Assembly: GCA_050916045.1 (NCBI GenBank) | Contig: CP051526.1 | Coordinates: 3,072,001 to 3,136,000, forward strand | Direction: 5' to 3' | Length of the DNA: 64,000 bases | From: Tepidisphaera sp. | GTDB taxonomy: Bacteria > Planctomycetota > Phycisphaerae > Phycisphaerales > UBA1924 | In this document: positions 60,443 through 64,000 of the stretch, piece after piece | How positions within the stretch are numbered: the stretch's first letter is position 1 | Layout: each line of letters opens with the position of its first letter | The notes under the pieces: generated by a model | The model's input: the letters and a program-made list of their open reading frames with translations, nothing else | Told to the model about the DNA's origin: nothing | Database searches by the model: none | Program-made: the position numbers and the translations under genes

Positions 60443-60629
60443 CGGACCGGACTCGTCCTTTCACCGCTCGCGACTCGCAGGCGGTTCAGAGAGGGGGCGT
60501 ACAAACGGGCCGTTCGGACCCCGAGGGTCCAAGAGGGCCGCAAAGCAAAGCGGGCGACCTGAGAAGGCCGCCCGCGGAGGTACCGTCGGACATCGTGTCC
60601 CAACCGGGCCACGACGGGCTTGACGAATG

Positions 60630-61259
60630 TTAGGCCTTCGCCGGCTTGGCCGGCTTCTTCTTGTCACCCGCTTCCGCGGCGGCTTCTTCGGCGGCCACAG
60701 GCTTCTTCTTCGCGCTGCGGTTCAGCTTCTTGGTAAGGTTCCTGGGCGGGTTCTCAGGGTTGTTGAGATCGACGCCGCGGACCTTGTCGCGACGGGTGCC
60801 CGTCTCGGTGAAGGAGCCGCCGGCCGCGGTGATCAGCTTCTTGGCGTTGGCCGAGATGCGCTGGGCGGTGACGTTGAGCTTGACCTTCAGGCCATCGTCG
60901 CCGATGTCGCCGAGGATCTTGAGGTTCTTGGAGCCATCGCGGATCAGACCCGCTTTGACCATCGTCTCGGTGTTGACGGTGCCGCCCTTGGAGAAATCGG
61001 GGTGGGACACGATCTCGGCGAGGTTGACGATCCAGAACTCGGTGCGGAACGCGGCGTTGGTGAAGCCGAACTTCGCCATGCGGCGGAAGAAGGGCATCTG
61101 GCCACCCTCGAACGAACGCTTGCCGGAGTAACCGGAGCGGGCGCCCTGGCCCTTGTGGCCGCGGCCGGACTGTTTACCGTGACCCGAACCCTCGCCGCGG
61201 CCCACGCGCTTGCGGGCTTTGTACTTTCCGGCGAGAACAGTCACATCGTGAATCATCAT
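60630..61259 (-). CDS. rplO: 50S ribosomal protein L15
   Basis: RVGRGEGSGHGKQSGRGHKGQGAR, FEGGQMP. Confidence 0.97.
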   Translation of the reverse strand: MMIHDVTVLAGKYKARKRVGRGEGSGHGKQSGRGHKGQGARSGYSGKRSFEGGQMPFFRRMAKFGFTNAAFRTEFWIVNLAEIVSHPDFSKGGTVNTETMVKAGLIRDGSKNLKILGDIGDDGLKVKLNVTAQRISANAKKLITAAGGSFTETGTRRDKVRGVDLNNPENPPRNLTKKLNRSAKKKPVAAEEAAAEAGDKKKPAKPAKA

Positions 61260-61386
61260 GGCTTGGTGCTCCTGCGGTGCAGGTGAATCTGACTCTTGAA
61301 ACCGACCCCAACCTCAATCCCGACTTCAATTTCGGGCTCATTCGAAGTCGCGGGACACGTGAAACTCAGCGAACGGTACCGACGGC

Positions 61387-62121
61387 TTAGGCCTTGGGAG
61401 CCTCACCCGCCGGCGCGCCACCCTCAGGAGCCGCATCGCGACGCGGGCCACGACTGCCCTGGCCACCGCGACCGCCGCCGCCCTGACCGCCGCGGCCACC
61501 GCGACGCTCCTGGCCCAGGGTGTTGACGGGGCCCTTCATCTTCGCGCCCTTGCTGGCGGAGGTGAACTTCTTGCCGGCTTCGATCTTGTGCTCGATGTCG
61601 CTTTCGGAAAGCGTGATGCCGCGGCCGGAAGCGATCTCCTCGCGGGTCTTGAGCTGCTTGAGGCCGTCGAAGATCGCTTTCACGACGTTGAAAGCGTTCG
61701 TCGAGCCGTAGCACTTGGTGAGGCAGTCGGTGACGCCGAGAACTTCGAGCACCGAGCGGACCGTCGAACCGGCCACCACGCCCGTGCCGGGGCTGGCGGG
61801 GATGAGGCGGACCTTCGAGGGGCCGAAGGAACCTTCGACGGTGTGCGGGATCGTGCCGCCGGTCATCGGGACCTTGAAGAGGCCGTTCTTGGCGTACTTC
61901 TCGGCCTTCTCGACGGCGAGGGGCACTTCCTTGGACTTGCCGTACCCGTAGCCGACGCGACCCTGACGGTCACCGGCGACGACGAGGGCGCCGAAGGAGA
62001 ACCGGCGACCACCCTTGACGGTGGCGGACGTGCGGTACACGCCGATCGTGGTGTTGTTCACACCGCCGCGGTCTTCCTGGGTGAAGTTCGAATTGTTGGA
62101 CTTGCTGGGGGCTTGGCTCAT
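61387..62121 (-). CDS. rpsE: 30S ribosomal protein S5
   Basis: VKGGRRFSFGALVVAGD, PASPGTGVVAG. Confidence 0.97.
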   Translation of the reverse strand: MSQAPSKSNNSNFTQEDRGGVNNTTIGVYRTSATVKGGRRFSFGALVVAGDRQGRVGYGYGKSKEVPLAVEKAEKYAKNGLFKVPMTGGTIPHTVEGSFGPSKVRLIPASPGTGVVAGSTVRSVLEVLGVTDCLTKCYGSTNAFNVVKAIFDGLKQLKTREEIASGRGITLSESDIEHKIEAGKKFTSASKGAKMKGPVNTLGQERRGGRGGQGGGGRGGQGSRGPRRDAAPEGGAPAGEAPKA

Positions 62122-62178
62122 GGCTGCTCTCGTGCGTTCGGGCGTGTGGTCGGGAACGCGGTGGTGACTGATGAACTC

Positions 62179-62541
62179 TTAGAAACTCAGGCCGCCTTTG
62201 CGGGCCGCGTCGGCGAGGGCTTTCACGCGGCCGTGGAACTTGAACCCGCGGCGGTCAAACACCACGGCATTGACGCCCTTGGCTTTGGCCCGCTCGGCGA
62301 TCGCGACGCCGACCTTCTCGGCGGCGGCGGAGTTGCCGGTCTTCTCGAGGCCGAGCTTCTTCTCGACCGTGGAAGCGGAAGCGACCGTCTTGCCCGAGAG
62401 GTCGTCGATGACCTGGGCGTAGATGTGGTTGAGGGACTTGTAAACCGTGAGACGCGGACGCTCGGTCGTACCGCTGACCACACGGCGGGTGCGGACGATG
62501 CGGCGCTGACGACGGACGGCTTTGATGCTCTGCTTGTCCAT
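62179..62541 (-). CDS. rplR: 50S ribosomal protein L18
   Basis: [31 protein letters not shown]. Confidence 0.97.
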   Translation of the reverse strand: MDKQSIKAVRRQRRIVRTRRVVSGTTERPRLTVYKSLNHIYAQVIDDLSGKTVASASTVEKKLGLEKTGNSAAAEKVGVAIAERAKAKGVNAVVFDRRGFKFHGRVKALADAARKGGLSF

Positions 62542-62619
62542 ATTGATCTGCCTTGGCTCGTGCCTGCTCGGGCCTCGCGGGCCCGGTTTGTGCTCTTGAT
62601 CCTGACCTTAACCCGTCGT

Positions 62620-63183
62620 TTACGAACCGAACTGCTTGCCCTGCTTCTTCTGGATGATCTCTTCGGCGTACTTGACACCCTTGCCGTTGTACGGCTCGGG
62701 CTTGCGCTTGCCACGCATCGTCGAAGCGAACTGGCCGACGAGCTGCTTGTCCGAACCCGTGATCTTGATCGGGGTGATGTCGCCGTTGGTCTTGTCGACC
62801 ACCACCGTCAGCCCCTCGGGGATCGGGAGGATCACCGGGTTGGCGAAGCCGACGATCATCTTGAGGTTCTTGCCCGCGACCGACGCGGACCAGCCGGTGC
62901 CGACAACGTGCATGTTCTTCTCGTAACCCTTGGTCACGCCGACGATCATGTTCGCGATGTGAGCGCGGGTGGAACCCCACGAGGCGTTCGCCTGGCGGTC
63001 ATCAGAAGTGAACCCGTCGGCAAGCTCGACCTTCACGCCCGCGGCGTCCGCAGTGACCTTCACTTCGGGGCGGAACGTGTACGTGAGCTTGGTCTTGGCG
63101 CCGGCGACCTCGACGGTGCGGTCCTTGACCGAGACCTTGACACCCGCGGGGACCGGGACGATTTTCTTGCCGATTCGGGACAT
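62620..63183 (-). CDS. rplF: 50S ribosomal protein L6
   Basis: MSRIGKK, RKPEPYNGKGVKY. Confidence 0.97.
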   Translation of the reverse strand: MSRIGKKIVPVPAGVKVSVKDRTVEVAGAKTKLTYTFRPEVKVTADAAGVKVELADGFTSDDRQANASWGSTRAHIANMIVGVTKGYEKNMHVVGTGWSASVAGKNLKMIVGFANPVILPIPEGLTVVVDKTNGDITPIKITGSDKQLVGQFASTMRGKRKPEPYNGKGVKYAEEIIQKKQGKQFGS

Positions 63184-63239
63184 GCTTCAGACTCCTTCGC
63201 GTGAGGCTCGCCGGCTTGTTCCGGGCTTCCGCGTGTTGC

Positions 63240-63281
63240 GATTCAGGGAATTCGATTCAGGAAATGCAATTCAGGGAACTG
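63240..63281. repeat. 3 x 14-nt intergenic tandem repeat
   Basis: gattcagggaattc gattcaggaaatgc aattcagggaactg. Confidence 0.7.
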
Positions 63282-63291
63282 GGGACGCTGA

Positions 63292-63690
63292 TTACTCGAC
63301 GACGCAGAGCAGTTCGCCGCCGACGCGTTCCTCGCGGGCCTTGCGGTCCGAGAGCACGCCCTTGGAGGTCGAGACGATCGCCATGCCCAGGCCGCCCAGC
63401 GGCTTGGGAATGTCGGAGACGCCGGAGTAGACCCGGCGGCCGGGCTTGCTCATGCGGGTCATGCGGTGGAAGAGCGCCTCGCCCTTGGGGCCGTAGCGGA
63501 GCTTGATCTTGATGACGCCGGAGCGGCCGTCATCGATGACGTCAAAGCCGTCGATGAAGCCCTCGGACTTGAGCACCTCCGCGATACCGCGGCAGACCTT
63601 GTTGTTGAGGCAGTCAACGGTCTTGGACTTGTTCCGAGACGCGTTGCGGATCCGGGTCAGCATATCCGCGATGGGGTCACCGATGGCCAT
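63292..63690 (-). CDS. rpsH: 30S ribosomal protein S8
   Basis: DPIADMLTRIRNA, SKPGRRVY, STSKGV, GGELLC. Confidence 0.98.
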   Translation of the reverse strand: MAIGDPIADMLTRIRNASRNKSKTVDCLNNKVCRGIAEVLKSEGFIDGFDVIDDGRSGVIKIKLRYGPKGEALFHRMTRMSKPGRRVYSGVSDIPKPLGGLGMAIVSTSKGVLSDRKAREERVGGELLCVVE

Positions 63691-63778
63691 GGTCGTCCTC
63701 TGCATTCGGCGGCACGGGTGGGTCGTGTGCCGCGGGTTGGTCGTTCTGATCCTTACTCGTCACTCAACGGAGAGCTTC

Positions 63779-63964
63779 TTACCAGCTCGCTTTGCGCATC
63801 CCCGGGATCTTGCCCTCGAGGGCGAGCTTGCGGAGCATGATGCGCGAGAGGCGGAACTTGCGGTACACCCCGCGGTCACGGCCGGTGAGCTCGCACCGGT
63901 ACACCTTTCGGGTGCTGAACTTGGGGGTCCGCTTGCTCTTGGCTACTTGGGCCTTGGTTGCCAT
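63779..63964 (-). CDS. rpsN: 30S ribosomal protein S14 (short form)
   Basis: 61 aa; [29 protein letters not shown]. Confidence 0.96.
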   Translation of the reverse strand: MATKAQVAKSKRTPKFSTRKVYRCELTGRDRGVYRKFRLSRIMLRKLALEGKIPGMRKASW

Positions 63965-64000
63965 AACTTGATCGCTCCGTCGCTGACGTGTTTGGTCGGT

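Overview
High-GC bacterial chromosome segment. The DUF1501/PSD1-cytochrome module, DUF1573 proteins, ribosomal-protein extensions and gene content point to a planctomycete, probably Phycisphaerales (inference). The backbone carries two amidohydrolases, lnt, rpsR, a PTS IIA-ispA-dxs run, ispF, a GH29 fucosidase, a VPS10/BNR hydrolase, murD, pheS, tRNA-Asp, tRNA-Gly and the spc/alpha ribosomal cluster (rpsN to rplQ), which here lacks rpmD, adk, map and rpsD. There are three accessory insertions. (1) About 4.5-10.8 kb: a decaying island beside tRNA-Asp with a C5 methyltransferase, a DUF4928-like nuclease, a vsr pseudogene, a chimeric dual-OB gene, orphans and an atypical tyrosine recombinase with a C-terminal AP2 domain. 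(2) About 33.4-34.6 kb: an orphan membrane protein. (3) About 46.2-49.3 kb: an SPPY methyltransferase with a PaeR7I/XhoI-family nuclease, then a 21-nt periodic array, heptamer repeats, poly-G tracts and a helical+FN3-like gene ending in KLAA. The best candidates for undescribed biology are that array-associated locus, an SCGC-motif operon (2x DUF1573, rhodanese, MauE/DoxX), the AP2-tailed recombinase and a promoter-plus-hairpin candidate sRNA behind ispF. No CRISPR array or rRNA was seen. All family assignments come from motif recognition by eye, not database searches.
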